Shown one piece after another: positions 25,636 to 39,081 of a DNA stretch of 64,000 nucleotides (its first letter is position 1; every line of letters starts with the position of its first letter). Origin of the DNA: Lophium mytilinum (lineage: Eukaryota); the NCBI GenBank assembly GCA_010093605.1, contig MU004186.1, forward strand, positions 848,616 to 912,615, written 5' to 3'. The notes under the pieces are model-generated. The model saw only the letters and a list, made by a program, of their open reading frames with translations. It did not search any database and was not told where the DNA came from. The position numbers were made by a program, and so were the translations under genes.

Positions 25636-28600
25636 CAACTAACAATTGGTCATATCTTGTCGCGATTTACTTTTCTTGCCAGGAGGAACCTTCCTCAGGA
25701 TGTTATATTGGATGCACTGCCGTGCTGCTTGAAGTTTGGTGTTACCGTTCCCAAGTCCTCCTGGCGCCTCCATGGTGTTGAGGCGAGAAACCCAAGTGCC
25801 GTGGCAAGGTCTCTGTGGATAAGTTTGAAGGGGACGTGGAAGTGTTTGAGAGCATTTGTACATAGTCATTCCGCCATCGGATCTCTTCCCGTTTGGACAG
25901 GACGCCGGACCAGATATACCGGAAGTCTATTCGCGGCCACTTTCCAGTATCTGGATCTCTTAAATTTTGTTTCCCTTGGTCTAGGTTCGCCATATTATAC
26001 GTTGTTGGCTGAATTATTTTCGGAAGCACCCTTTGGAATCACCCCACATATGAGTTTGGTCTATCATTTGGATTTCATTGGACAATGTCAGCCCAGCCCG
26101 GGACGAGCAAAGCCACATCCTTTCGCTGCCATTATGAACATCCTGTTCCGGCTCTTCAAAATCTATACGTTTGCTCTCATGAAACACGATGGCCGATGCC
26201 ACGCATTGCTGCCACTATTGGTGCATAGCTAAACGAAACGCGATACCGTTACTTACTCACGTGCGTCCTGCGAATGCCCAAACCCCCTATTACATCTACA
26301 AGATCTGTCGATATGAAACCTCAGCCTTGCGAACCTGCCACGAGACCCACAGTCACGCGGGAGATCGCTGGCCCCCACACACGCCACGCTGCATGCATGA
26401 ACCGCTGCCCGCCAATCGCAACCTTCCAACGACATCTTTCTCAGCCTTACGGAGCGCGCGGTGGCGCCTGCGGGCCAGGTAGCAGAGGCCGGGTGGACGG
26501 CACGGGTTGCCAATATCGGACATAAAAACCTCTTCCGTACGCCCTGTTAGTATGCATCCAGTCATTTTCTGCTTTACAAATCGCGCTCTTCTAGACCACT
26601 TCATTTTTTCTTCTGTCACCTTTCAAATCATTAATTTACTCATTCTTGCTGCAAGGTTGCCTTCTTCTCGCGAAAATTTTCTCAATTCTCTAACTGCAAT
26701 GAAACCGTCAATTCCGCAGCTCGCCTAGTGAGTACTCTCCTTCTTGCGCCTTCCTTTTCGAGTTGGCACTTTATACGAGTAGCATCATGCTCTCCAGACA
26801 CCTGGGGCTGTGTGTTGCCATCGTGCTCACCGATCACGGTGATCGGTACGGTTCACGAGGGAGAAGGCAGATGCGCTGCAGTCATCCCGCGCGGATACTA
26901 TAAAAGCAACGACTCATGCTCTCGGATACGAAAGCAGGCGAAACAGCAAATTGATTCTCCGCTACCTGCACGGAAAGCGGTCACGTTACGCGACTACGTG
27001 ACTGATCGGTGATAGGCAGCAGAGTCTAGCATCCTTTCTCGGCGTAGCGCAGGAGTATATTTGGAGTCATGGGATCTGTTGGTAGACATCACTCTCTTAG
27101 CTGCGTTCTGCAGGCGAAAGAGAAGAGCTATGTTCGTGTGCTTGGCACTGAAGCCTTCAGCCTTGTCCGAAGGCAAACGTCTGGCTAACCGGAAAGCGGT
27201 AAATGCGAACGTATGCTGACGGGATGAATGCGCTTCGGGTTCCGAACGTGGATTGACATATGCGAGCGAGATGAAAGTGGCGGTGACGGGTGGATATAGG
27301 GCGTCGGGCAAGGTGCCGGACTAGATGTCGGACAAGGTGTCGGAGACCGAAGTTAGTTTGGAATTTCGAGCTTTTAGGTAGCTTCTGTGAGCGGAAAAAA
27401 ACTAAAGTGTGGCTTGTAAGTCATCTGGAAAGGGTGGGATCTCCTGCGCATGGCGTATTCATATAAAGCGGTAGGTGATAGGTCTCTGCACGGTGTTACT
27501 CACTTCAATCTCCCACCTCTTCAAAGTCATTGGAGCTGTGCATGCCCTATTAGTCAAGGGCGACGGCATCATAGACTGCTAGAGACGTAGACACTATTGT
27601 GGTAGGCAGTAATGAAGCTTGCTCAAGAGCCAGGAGTAGATGTTATTAAACTCAGCTATCTGTATTGGTCACCGTATTATCTGCGTTTCTACTGAAAGCC
27701 CTTGTGCGTTCCATAACCAACAATGTTATTCTATGCAAAGTGTTTGTGCTAGACTATTGCACATTCTGTGAAGGACGCTGCTCTGTTAGAAGTGAATGTG
27801 TGAGACTCCTAGCACTTGAGCAAGCTCGATGGTGGATAGTGAAGCAGAGAAATTCATCTCCTACGACAGCATCGTGCACCCGTCCTTCACAAATATGGCG
27901 CGATGACCCTGTAGAGAGGGCCGTTTGGAAAATCTTCGTCATACCGCTTAGATCTAACGGCTCCGCAAATGATGGAACATAGTGTACAATAGGGGACGTG
28001 GCGAGTGAGTCGCTTAGGCACACTCGTTATCCTAAACGCTGTTAGACTACTCCATCGATACTAGTGATTTGTAGAGTACCTGCTTGATGTTGCCGAGATC
28101 GCTTCCACATTAACCCCAATGTGGGCCGCCATCGCTATCCTCGTACTATACTACTACTCAATCTTCGTCATGACCATCACGTACTCTCAGAAAACTTTTG
28201 TCTCATCCAACGCTCATTCATCTTTTACAGAGGTATTGTCGAGCTTTCCACTATTGTATGTATCAAATCGCCCCTGAGTGGGCTAACTTTTTGACTTTCG
28301 ACGATGGTGTCGATATCTGGAGCTTTTGCGCACGACTGCTCTTCGCTGGAGCGACGAATGTAGCATATAGAGAAGGGTGGATAGAGTATTGAGAGGTATG
28401 CGAGTATCTGAGGTCACATTCGCGAGTGGGAGTGGCGGTCGAGGTCAAGGAAAGTAACTCTATTCACTGATTAGCTCAACTCACTCCGTGTCCATTGGGG
28501 ACGAAGATTCACTAGAATTTTTCTCAACTTACCAATACGTTGCTTGCTCTAAACTTTCATCGTCGCATTCGATGCATTCTTGCACTGCCACCTGCCCCAG

Positions 28601-29835
28601 AGAGTGACATCTATACTCAAGCCATAGCAACGTGGAGGAAGATTATGATGATAACACCTTAGAGCAAGCTGGGAAATTTGCCATTTGAGTTGCAAGCTAG
28701 GAGCCGGCTACCCTTGAGGAGTCAAAGCGCATTGAGCCCAAGGTCCCACGGATTTTCCCTAGGTTCAGTCTGCAGAATAGCAAAGGCTCGCACAAACTTA
28801 AAGGACTCCGTTCACTTCGAGAGAGCTTTGGGGGTATAGGCTTGCTGTTTTTACGGAGACTAAACATGTATCCCGTCTGAAGCCTGAATGCTCCTTTACC
28901 GGATGACGTGGTATTGAGCAAACGTTCAATAGGACGAAGACGACCATGGAAGCAGAAGAAATGCTTGGAGATGAACGACGTCAGAGCACAACAGCTTTCT
29001 GCGGTTCAGCACGTCACTAACCTCAGCAGTACTGCCATTTCTCGAGGACTTACATGACTAAACCACGCCAATCCCAATCAACGCATACTTATTGCATCAA
29101 TACAATGAGAGTCTACTGGTTCAAAAGAACACTATTCAACCTGCTCCGCAAGCCTTACAAGAGCGCCTCATTGTTGCCTTTGTTTCAGCACTGCCCCTGG
29201 GTCATCCTTTCAGATCCATCACCCCCTCATTCCTGTCAAGACCAAAATAGAACATCAGACCATTGGCTAGACTTTTAGTCCCGAACCCCGAACTTGAAGA
29301 TAACGCTGTCGTCAGCTTTTGCCTTCTTTCTAGTGTGTGAAGTCAGCTCCGTAAGAGTCTCGATGTCTAGGGGTTGCCAAGTTGGCACAGTTGTGCTAGG
29401 ACTAGGACTGGCAAGGTCGTTTAGCAGGATTGGTCCAATTCCCCCGTATCAGCTGGGCAGGCATACTCGAGTGCGGCGATTACGTTGAAACGCGGAGGAT
29501 CTTCATGCATTGTTCTCGGTGTGGCCGGTTGATGCTATGGTTGGACTACAAGGCTGAGGCGAACGTGGCTGTGCTGCCCGCAGATGCAGGGACACGCAAT
29601 GACTGTCAACGTGGAACGTGAACGCGGCAAAACACCCGAACTTTCCGAGTGCTACGAACATAACTTGTTTTAGCAGTCGTGGGGTAAAGGTCGTTGATAT
29701 GTTAATAGGTAAATTCAGGTGTTGATATGTTTGGATTTGGCGAGATGGTTCGTCCGACCAATTGAAACTGGTGGTCCGTGCACGCATTCATCGATGTCAC
29801 TGCCAAGAATAATAGACATGGAGTAGTATTTATCG

Positions 29836-30444
29836 GGGGAGGGATAAGCGCACACCCCCTAATTCCTCCACGCACGCCCCCTAATTCCTCCACGCACACC
29901 CCCCTATCGTCTGATCTTCTAAAATTGGCTCGGAGGGCTCGGATCACTGCTCCGGCGTATGTAAGGCCGTACGTGAGGCTGTACTTATAGCAAAGCTATG
30001 CAGTATACCCGTTTTACCATGCATACTTCCCGTTTCCTGTCTATAGAGGCTATTGTATTACTACATATATGCCTACACGTCTAGGAGCATGCCAAAACAG
30101 TCAAAACCTCACCTTATTACGGCACCTCCACATCAAACATCGCCGCCGCACCCCCCTGGCTATCCTAATTAATAACCCCCTCTATTCCATCTGATACAAT
30201 GCCATCTAACGTAGGAGCTCCTCAACAGTAAGCCGCGCCGGCGCTGCCTGAGCCTAAGGCTAAGGCTCAGCGTATTGTGGAGGTGTAGGATAAGGATGTA
30301 ATTGTAGAGAAGTAGAATTAGTAAGCGAGTTAAGCGTGAGAATAGAGCTCCGGGCGACGTTCCGGCCCGTTCTGGCCAATTAGAAGATCAGACGATAGGG
30401 GGGTGTGCGTGGAGGAATTAGGGGGTGTGCGCTTATCTCTCCCC
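29836..30444. mobile_element. Non-autonomous TIR DNA transposon (MITE-like), 609 bp, 8-bp TSD ATTTATCG
   Basis: Termini GGGGAGGGATAAGCGCACACCCCCTAATTCCTCCACGCAC... and ...GTGCGTGGAGGAATTAGGGGGTGTGCGCTTATCTCTCCCC. TSD copies at 29828-29835 and 30445-30452. Confidence 0.92.
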
Positions 30445-33197
30445 ATTTATCGTGTCTGATTTGTTCATGTTATGTAGCTCTAACAGCATTCTATGTTGAA
30501 CAGAAACGGAAGTGGTGCAGCAGACAGTCCTCCGGCTCAACGAATGAACTTTCTTCTCGATGAACGCATGGCATACTCCCCAGCTCACGGTACAGAGATC
30601 TTACACTCATTTGTCAGGTAATGAATGGAATTAACGGGCATATCGGCCTTAGAGCAGCGACGAGACGATTATACCGCAAAAACATGTTCCGGGTCATCCG
30701 GCGCATGCGAGTTGGATTAGTTTTAGCAATTTGAACAGAGGGAAAAGGGCAGCGACGACGACACGACATGAGTGAGAAGTGTTATCAGATGATCGGATCC
30801 AACTCTTCTCAAGTCCTAGGGATGGTGTTGGTAGTTTGAAGTCGTATTCTAGGCACCATCACGTGACTAACCACTGCCCCTGACGGTGAAGGGGGGCGGG
30901 GGCCAAGTGCCATTGCTGTGTCTGAGGTCGTTTATCACTGTCAAAGGGGGTAAATATATAGTAATTTAACTGGTAAAAGTTCTGTATTTCGAAAAGCTGA
31001 TAGAGTTCCAGGTGACATAAAGTTCCAGGTGGCATAAAGTTCTACGCGGCGTCTTATCAGCTACGCCGTCACTCGCCGCAAAATTCGAAGTGCACTCTGG
31101 AAAGAATTATTTTTAATACAGCTTTGCTGGCAAGCCAATATGTGAGATGACCATAGTCGTTATGAGGGACTAGGCATTATCATCGCAAGGACTTCCAGGT
31201 GATCCTAAAGCGCCAGCTCAGAGGCTCGAAAAAGGAATGCTGTGGGTAAACGTCCGGCGACAGTAATGCCGTGCCGTGAAGGCGTGGACCGCTAGGCAAC
31301 AGTGCATCTCCTCCTAGGGAACAGCGATGAGGGCAGCTCTCTGGACTGATGAGGCGCTTGGGTCCATAGAAAGTTTGGGATGATGTGGCAGGTCGCCTGA
31401 TGGCTTTTGTGGCTTTTCTGCCAGTCCCTGTCCCGCTGCGAAGTCTGCACGACATCACCCTTCTCGTGGGCACCCGTACGCCCGCCACGAGACGAGTGGT
31501 ATACATTTGCTAGGTTCCACATGATCCATCAAGAAGGCAAACGTACATGAGTGTGGGCCGAGTTCAGGATGGCGGTCAAGGTGGAGGTGTGGAGAAGTCG
31601 AGCTTGGGTCAAATATTGGGTTTGATTCGATGAACAGAGATGCGGTGTCGCCTGTGCGAAGTTGCCTTGTAAATGAATGGAGAGACGCCCCTCTGGAGCC
31701 GGACCCCCTCGCTAGGTGCTTCCTCGGTCATTGGTGATTGTCGATCCGCGCTTCCCCATGACACGGAGGCTCCGACGGCATGTCCCATAAGTGACCAGTA
31801 GAAAGCTGTTGCCTGCTCACACCGATGGTGTGTCGAGGAGACGGGACGGAGCGAGCTTGAAATGGACAACGACAGACGGGCGGTGAGAACGAGGCGACAG
31901 CGAGCGACGGCTTGTGTGACCTACCGGGAGCATCGAAGTGCATCTCGTAAGCATCGGTGTGGCGACAATAGACTCTTTTTGATATGAAGGGACGTTTTGA
32001 AAGGAACATAGACACAGCCTATCATGCCCATGCTTTGCCACCGGCGGGTTAATCATGCATAAACAGGAGTGTGGGTGATTCCTGTGCTAGGAACATCTAT
32101 AGCTGAAAGAACAGGTCATACATTAGGTAAGTTGTGGGAGTTGATATCTACAGGGTATCAAACATCGCCACAGTGCTGGTGGCAACTGCATCGCTAGGGC
32201 ACGGACCACATTCCATAGGGGGATTCTCGTGCCCCTTGGAGTAGTTAGAGGCGACGAAGGCGATAGAAGACAGAAGAAGCATCGAGGAAAATCTTCATTG
32301 AAAATCGAGACGAGTTCTTGCATAGAAAACAATTAGTTGAGCTCGCGGTTCGACCTGACAGCGAAGCCCACAATGTCGCGGTGACTCCGCTTCCCGATCG
32401 CCACTGCCGATTGAAGAGCATCAACATCATTCGAGTATGCACAGAAACTGACTAAGACATGGGAAGAATGAGGACAAGGGAGAACTGAGAAGCGCTGGGT
32501 AGAAGTCATGAGAGCATGATTGCTGAGGCAAACACATGCAAGTGGCGCAAACGTCAGGACCTGAAAAACCGCCGAGTGTGTTTAAGCTGTGCATGATCTG
32601 AAAACGAGGATTCATATCGCTGTAAGACGAGCGCCAGACCACGGAAATGACAGCTGAGGTTTGATCGGAAGACGCTGGGAGAAACAATTCATTGGAGATC
32701 AAGCAAGCTGAGAGTGCATGTGAGCTGAAAGCGCCCATGGAGTGGTGTAGCATTGAGCATGTCTCTTTCTGCATAGGTGAAAAAATCGCAATAGCAGACT
32801 GCGTACAGAGAAATAATGGACAGTACTCACGCTCATCAGCTACGGCTAGTTCAATGCCTCAGGGTGATGTTAGAAAAGAGTTGGTCAACGATGAATAGCG
32901 CCGTGGGGGCCGGGGACCCATTCACGTGCCATTCCCGCGGCATCCCTGTCGCTGTTAGATTCTGCCAGGGCGGTCAGCGACGCGACTAATCTCACTTCCC
33001 GACACGTATCACGATTCCAGTGAATATACCAAACTTCTGTGTGAGCATTGTATCCTCTCTTGTCTTCCTTTATCCCCCAGTCAATGCCCAGGACATCTTC
33101 CGAGATCTTCTCCTTGCCGTGTGTCCCGTCTTGGGGCACATCGATGGGAATTCAATTGCACTCTTGAGCCTGGATTGCGGGTCAATCATCGGGCGGA

Positions 33198-34519
33198 ATG
33201 GAGACCATAACTAAGCTTGTTGGTACGGGCGCTGAGATCCTACAAAAAGTGCCGCTATCACTCATTCTGTTGTTCCTTGCGTTTACTGGTCTGGGGGGCA
33301 CTATCCTGGTAAGTTCATGCTGTCTTTCTCATGCTTACTATGTCTAACACGTGCCCATGTATAGCTTTACCTCGCTCTCTTCATTGTAGCGCCTGTACCG
33401 CGACCGTCCCGAGGATCAGAGAAGGGATACAAAACCATACTGCCTGATGGAGAGCGCAGTGGAGTCAAGCAGCTACCATGTTGGATTGATCCCTGGAATG
33501 CAAAGAAACAGCTTGCTCGGCGGAAAGGCGTGCCATTGAACCCTAAAGATCAGATGGAAGAGGCGGAAGTCTTCATGAGTGTGGTTGTGCCGGCATACAA
33601 CGAGGAAAAGAGACTAGGAGGAATGTTAGAGGAAGCTGTAGATTTCCTGCAGCGGGAGTACGGTGATGCTCACAGTACCCCAGAGAAGTCCCAGAGCAAG
33701 GGCCGGAACAACACCACAAAAGCAGCGAGGAGAGGATGGGAGATTCTGGTGGTGTCAGACGGCTCGACGGACGGCACTGTAGACCAAGCTCTGAACTTCG
33801 CACGGGAACACCAGCTTTCTCAGTACCCAGTCCCTGTTCCTGGACCTCGCACACCTCACCCGACACACTCGACTCACATTCCTCATGGCTCGATTCGGGT
33901 GATAACCTTGGAAGAGAACAGAGGGAAGGGAGGAGCTGTCACGCACGGCATGCGACATGTACGAGGCCAATATGCTGTTTTCGCAGACGCGGACGGCGCA
34001 AGCCGATTTGAGGACCTTGCCAAACTGGTCGAAGGATGTCAAAGTATCGAAGACAAAGCAGGCCGAGGCGTTGCAATTGGCTCAAGAGCCCACCTGGTTG
34101 GAAGTGAAGCTGTTGTAAAGGTATTTCCCCGGAAACTACACATCTACTACACGACGAAGCCCTAACTTTCCTAGCGCTCAAAACTCCGCAACTTTTTGAT
34201 GCACTCATTCCATCTCCTACTGCGTCTGATGACGCCACCTGCAACCTCGTCAATAAAAGACACTCAGTGCGGTTTTAAGCTCTTTTCTCGTGCGGCGTTG
34301 CCCTTCATCATTCCCTACATGCATTGTGAGGGCTGGATTTTCGATGTGGAGATGCTCATGCTCGCCGAAAGCGCCAACATAGCCATGATCGAGGTAGCGA
34401 TTGGCTGGAAAGAAGTTCTGGGAAGTAAATTAAACGTCATCTGGGATTCTCTAGGCATGGCTTGGGGTTTAGCGATTTTACGCGCAAGTTGGGCATTCGG
34501 GGTATATCGGAGGGATTAG
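33198..34519 (+). CDS. ALG5: Dolichyl-phosphate beta-glucosyltransferase (GT2), spliced
   Basis: N-terminal TM exon, MSVVVPAYNEEKRL, VSDGSTD, ENRGKGGAV, FADADGAS, DTQCGFKLF and WIFDVEML. Confidence 0.93.
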
Positions 34520-34802
34520 CTCTTCTGGGCGCTTCAGTTGGACTTTCAATGGAAATTATAGGAGCTGATTTGGTTTTTGAGCGGCATGTAATCAGTCACA
34601 AGCTGAGCGGCAAATAGAACGTACGAATATTTCACGGAGTCCCTTGGACACTCAAAATAGAGCCAAAGCCGATTTTCATCATCCGTTGATTGTTGCAAGT
34701 CGGATTTCTCCGCTTTATCAAAGCATACTATGAGAGTCATGCTATCTCTAGTTCTAACTCGTCCGTCGAGTAGTCAAGCAATCTCTCCCAATTCTGAGCC
34801 TC

Positions 34803-37456
34803 TCAATACTGAAACTTCTTGCCGCTCTTCTCAATAGTCTCCAAGGAGACCTGGAAGTCCTGCCAAACTTGAAGAACAGTATCCAGATGATCGGCTCCCA
34901 ACTTCTTCTCCTCCGACACCGCCAGCGTGCGTGCTGTGTTGACCGCATTCGAGATCTCACGGCCATTCATCTCAGGCTTCGCAAACTTCTCAAGGCAGGA
35001 TTCGATCTCAATATCGGCCTCTTCCTTCGGCAACCCAGCAAGCTGTTGAGCCCAAAGCTGCCTGCGGCGTTCGGCATCCGGAGCATCGTACTGCAGCGCA
35101 AGATGGATACGAGAGCGAATGGCGCGGTCGGAGACTTGCACTCGGTTGCTCGTCAGGAACAGGATGCCCTGGAAGTATTCGAGCTGTCGCAGGAATACGG
35201 CGACGAGGTTGTTCTGCGCGAATTGGTCGCCGGGCCCGCTCTGGCGCTCCTCGAGGAAGACGTCGGCTTCGTCGATGAGGACAATAGCATGCCAGATTGA
35301 GGCGTACGCAAGATGGCGTTTAAGTTCTCTTGAGATGCCGTCGCCCCAGCTGCCGAGCTCGCCGGTAGAGATCTTGAGGAGGGGTCGTTTGGTGTGCTCT
35401 GCTACGAGCTCTGTGGTTAAAATTAGCATGGGATATTTGATGTCCGTAGCTATAGCGATTGATCAGAAGTCTATGCACACTCGTTCGCCACTGTCTAGAG
35501 AAACCCCACAGATATCTAAATCTGTAGGCGCGACGTGAAGTTCCGAGCAGTGTCAATTAGACTGCCTCTTGACTGAGCCGCTGCTTAGTAGCTGAGCTAC
35601 TCCTGACAGTAGTGTCGAGTGCACAGAATTTGAGCGAAGCAGTGATGAATGCGTGTACCCAGACTTGTAGCCTAGTACTGCAGGGCGCTTACCAGCTGTG
35701 AGCGTCTTTCCGCTTCCTGGCGAGCCATGCAGCAACAGGATCAGCCCTTTGCCCTTCAAATGAGCCTCATCTCGCGCTTGGTCGGGGAATCGATGAGAAG
35801 TAACCAGTGATCGAATCAGCCTTCGTTGCGCATCTGGCAGGATAAGTCTATCCATCGCGTTTTGCGCCCACTCGATATCTTCAAGGAAGTCGACAAAGAA
35901 CTTGCACCTATGACCCCCCATTAGCCATTTAATGTTCGTAGAGCGGTTAAGCCTAGGGACTGATCTCGGTGTTGCACGGCTCGCCGAGAATGCACTTACC
36001 ATTCCTTCATGTCGAGATTGAAGCCATAGACATATGGCGGACAGAGCATGGGATCTGCTTCGGGATTCTGAGGACCCGTAGGTTCGCGCTGATTGGGGTC
36101 TTTGTGATCGTCGCAGCACGCCCATTCCTCTTTTTGGGAACGCAGCTCTTCGACGAAAGTTTTGCAATCGACGACAACCCGACCTGCTGCCGACCGAGGA
36201 AGCCATATTCCGTCGTAGTTGGCGCGCTCATCGTAGTGATCGTACGGCGGTGTCTTGAGGAAGACGAAGAGGCCATTAGAAGATGTTAGCTATATTATAA
36301 TATGTGTGACAATAACGACGGTCGGGGTGGAAGGGTGAAAAAAAGGGGTAGGTGGAACCTTCGTAGTTGAAGCTCTGGACCCCGCGAATCTTGAGATAGC
36401 GTTCGCCACGTTCAATAAGACGCTGTTTAATGCTTTCTTGTTCGTCGCCGAGGTAGTGAAAAGGATACGTAGATAGTGCGACGATGCTCGAAGGGCTGAT
36501 ACCGACGAACTCTTGCTTCTCCCAGATCTTGAGATTCACCTACTTACCTGTCAGTAGATGTCCAAACATAAAAGAAAGCCTTAGCTTACGTTCGAGGTGC
36601 CAACCCGACTGCCATCGCAGCTAGTATACTCGCAGGTCAGCTCGAAGAACTTTCCTGACGAGCACTCTGAGTCTTGGTAGCCAGTTTTCGTAAGACGATA
36701 TAGGCGCTCATGGTTGTACTCTTTGGAGTAAACGAGATCTCCCGGTTTGAAGATAACCCAAAGGAGGTCGAAAGTGATGAGTCTGCCCTCTTCATAGATA
36801 TATAGTCAGAGGTGTTTATTCAAATGGGGTTTCACGACTTACTGTCAAGTCTCTTTGCTTCTAGACCCTTTTCCCCAGCCTCGTTCTCTAGAAAGTCTAG
36901 CAAGAGCTTGATGTGCTTCTTGGCCTCCTCGTCGCTAGCCTCCTCTCCCCATTGTGTTATCTCTTCCACATGGTGGTTCAATAACATGAACGGAGAATCG
37001 AATGAGACGCTTTGGTCGAAGTGTAACGGCTCGGCGGGGTAGTACTCGACCACCTCCTTCAAACAAGCCAGCAAATGAGGCGAGTAGATATCGACAATCG
37101 TCTTCTCTAGCTTATCTTTCTCATTGAAGACTTGTTTGGCAACCAAAGCGTACTCGTTGAACACACTTTTGAGAGAGGACAGGTACTCGTCTTTCTCCTG
37201 AACTTCACCGTCGCCCTAATTATCGCCGATAGTTAGCAATCGGGGGCGTGAAGTTATGCAATGTGAAGTCGATCGTGAAAGCGTAAGGACATACTTTTTG
37301 CGCTAAGCTCTTTACCGCACATTTCGAGCCTTTGGGTGCCTTTGGTGTGTCTTCCGCCTTCTTCTCTTTGGCGGTACCATTTTCCAGCTTGGTGACTTCT
37401 TCCGCAGCGACGCCGTTCTCGGTAGAATTGGCTGGGGTGCTCGTTTCGACAGCCAT
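34803..37456 (-). CDS. Fungal AAA+ ATPase, multi-exon
   Basis: Walker A HGSPGSGKTLTA, Walker B VLIDEADVFLEER, FLRQLEYFQGILFLTSNR, IRSRIHLAL and MNGREI. Confidence 0.9.
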
Positions 37457-39081
37457 GGTGGGATAGTTTTGCCAAGTTTTATTCGTAAAGGCGGAGGAAT
37501 CTTACTCAGTTTGTACGCCACAAATATTGCGGCGTGGGTCGGTCAAGATATACACGACGAAGTGTGTCACTAAGAAGAAGGCAAACTCAGCTGGTGTTGT
37601 TGCCTTGCTAGGGGCGGCCTCGTTGATTGCTCGAGTGCTCTAGCTCAGCCCGTGTCAGCCGCGTCATTGGCTGAAGCTAGATGTACCTTAGACGCCTAGT
37701 ATATCATTTTGACGGTGAACAAACTGTAGGCATGGTTTTCACGGGGGCTGAATTACTGTTACCCGAGTTTATGAGCAGTTGTGATATGAAGACCGGTGAA
37801 CGTTCAGCTGCTGTTGTGGAGAACTTGGAGCCTTCCCAAATAGTGCAATGTACAATCCAAATATAGCTACGGGCCCCACATAATCTATCCATAAAAGGGA
37901 AACCCACAGGATTACAATCCATCAGACCCCTGGTGGAACACAGTCCAACCAAAAGCGCCATGAAATGATAGGAAGAGACTCCCATTCTGCCGAAGTACTA
38001 GGCCCTTCACTATTTTGAGGTCGCGAGCCCTCCAGTACATCCGTCGGCCTCAAGCCACATGAAGTTCACGTCTCCTAATTGCCCGCGTCATCCTCTGTGA
38101 TCTTCGACTATTGCCACGCCAGGTTCCAGTTCATGACCACCCCAATTCAAGCAATCCGTACGTAAGCTGACCTTGAAGAAACCCCAGCACTCTGAGCATG
38201 CAAACGGTCGCACACCACACACCCCCAGCAATCATTCTGTGATTTGTGCATATCTCTGCCGCTGCCTGTGGTGTTTTAATGCTCGTTTGAAAAGATGAAC
38301 GAGATGGAAACTCTTAAGTTTGTGCTGTATGGAAACTTGTTAGAGCACTCCAAGCAGTAGCAGACAGATGCACCTACCAAGCCAGCATGAGACAGCGTGA
38401 TAGTTGAGTGGCAGTAGAAGGAGTCGACGAATCCGTGAGGTATACCCAATGTTTTTGTGCCTGTGTACCCTTGTTCAACACTGCTTGAGGTCCTCCAGTA
38501 TGCTATTGCTACTATAAAATAACAGCTTTGGCAAGCCTGATAGCTCTCTGGGCCACCTCAGACGGCGTTAAACTACTAGAGTGCGCCACCTTATTCCTGC
38601 TTAGCATGCACGGTTAGTCGAGACCAAAGAGCTCAAAACAATATGAACATCTGCCATTGAGCTCAACAGCCCCATACACATATGTTTGGGAACTTTTGAG
38701 GGGTTACTGGAAGATTCAAGACACTGGAGAAGTGTAAGTAGCAGAAAGAGAAGATCACCGCGTGGGGCCACCAGAAGACATCCAGGCGGTGCGGTGATGA
38801 GTTCAAAGAGGTATTAAATCTCATTGAAATAGACCTTATTTGAATCCTCCTTTCAGAACCGATCAATCGGACGGCTTGGCGGTACTGAAACAGGGTTGAA
38901 GGTGTGCTACAAAGTCGAGTAGAAGGCGAAGTCTAAACCCTTTTGAAAGCAACATGATATATGAACGTGACGCAAACCTTGAAATATTGTGCTAAGTGTG
39001 GGTATCTACCGCCTTTCAGTAGCAAACTCCGGAACAAAATGCAAAACTCTCTTCTAGTCAATACCGTTTGGCCTTCAGGCA

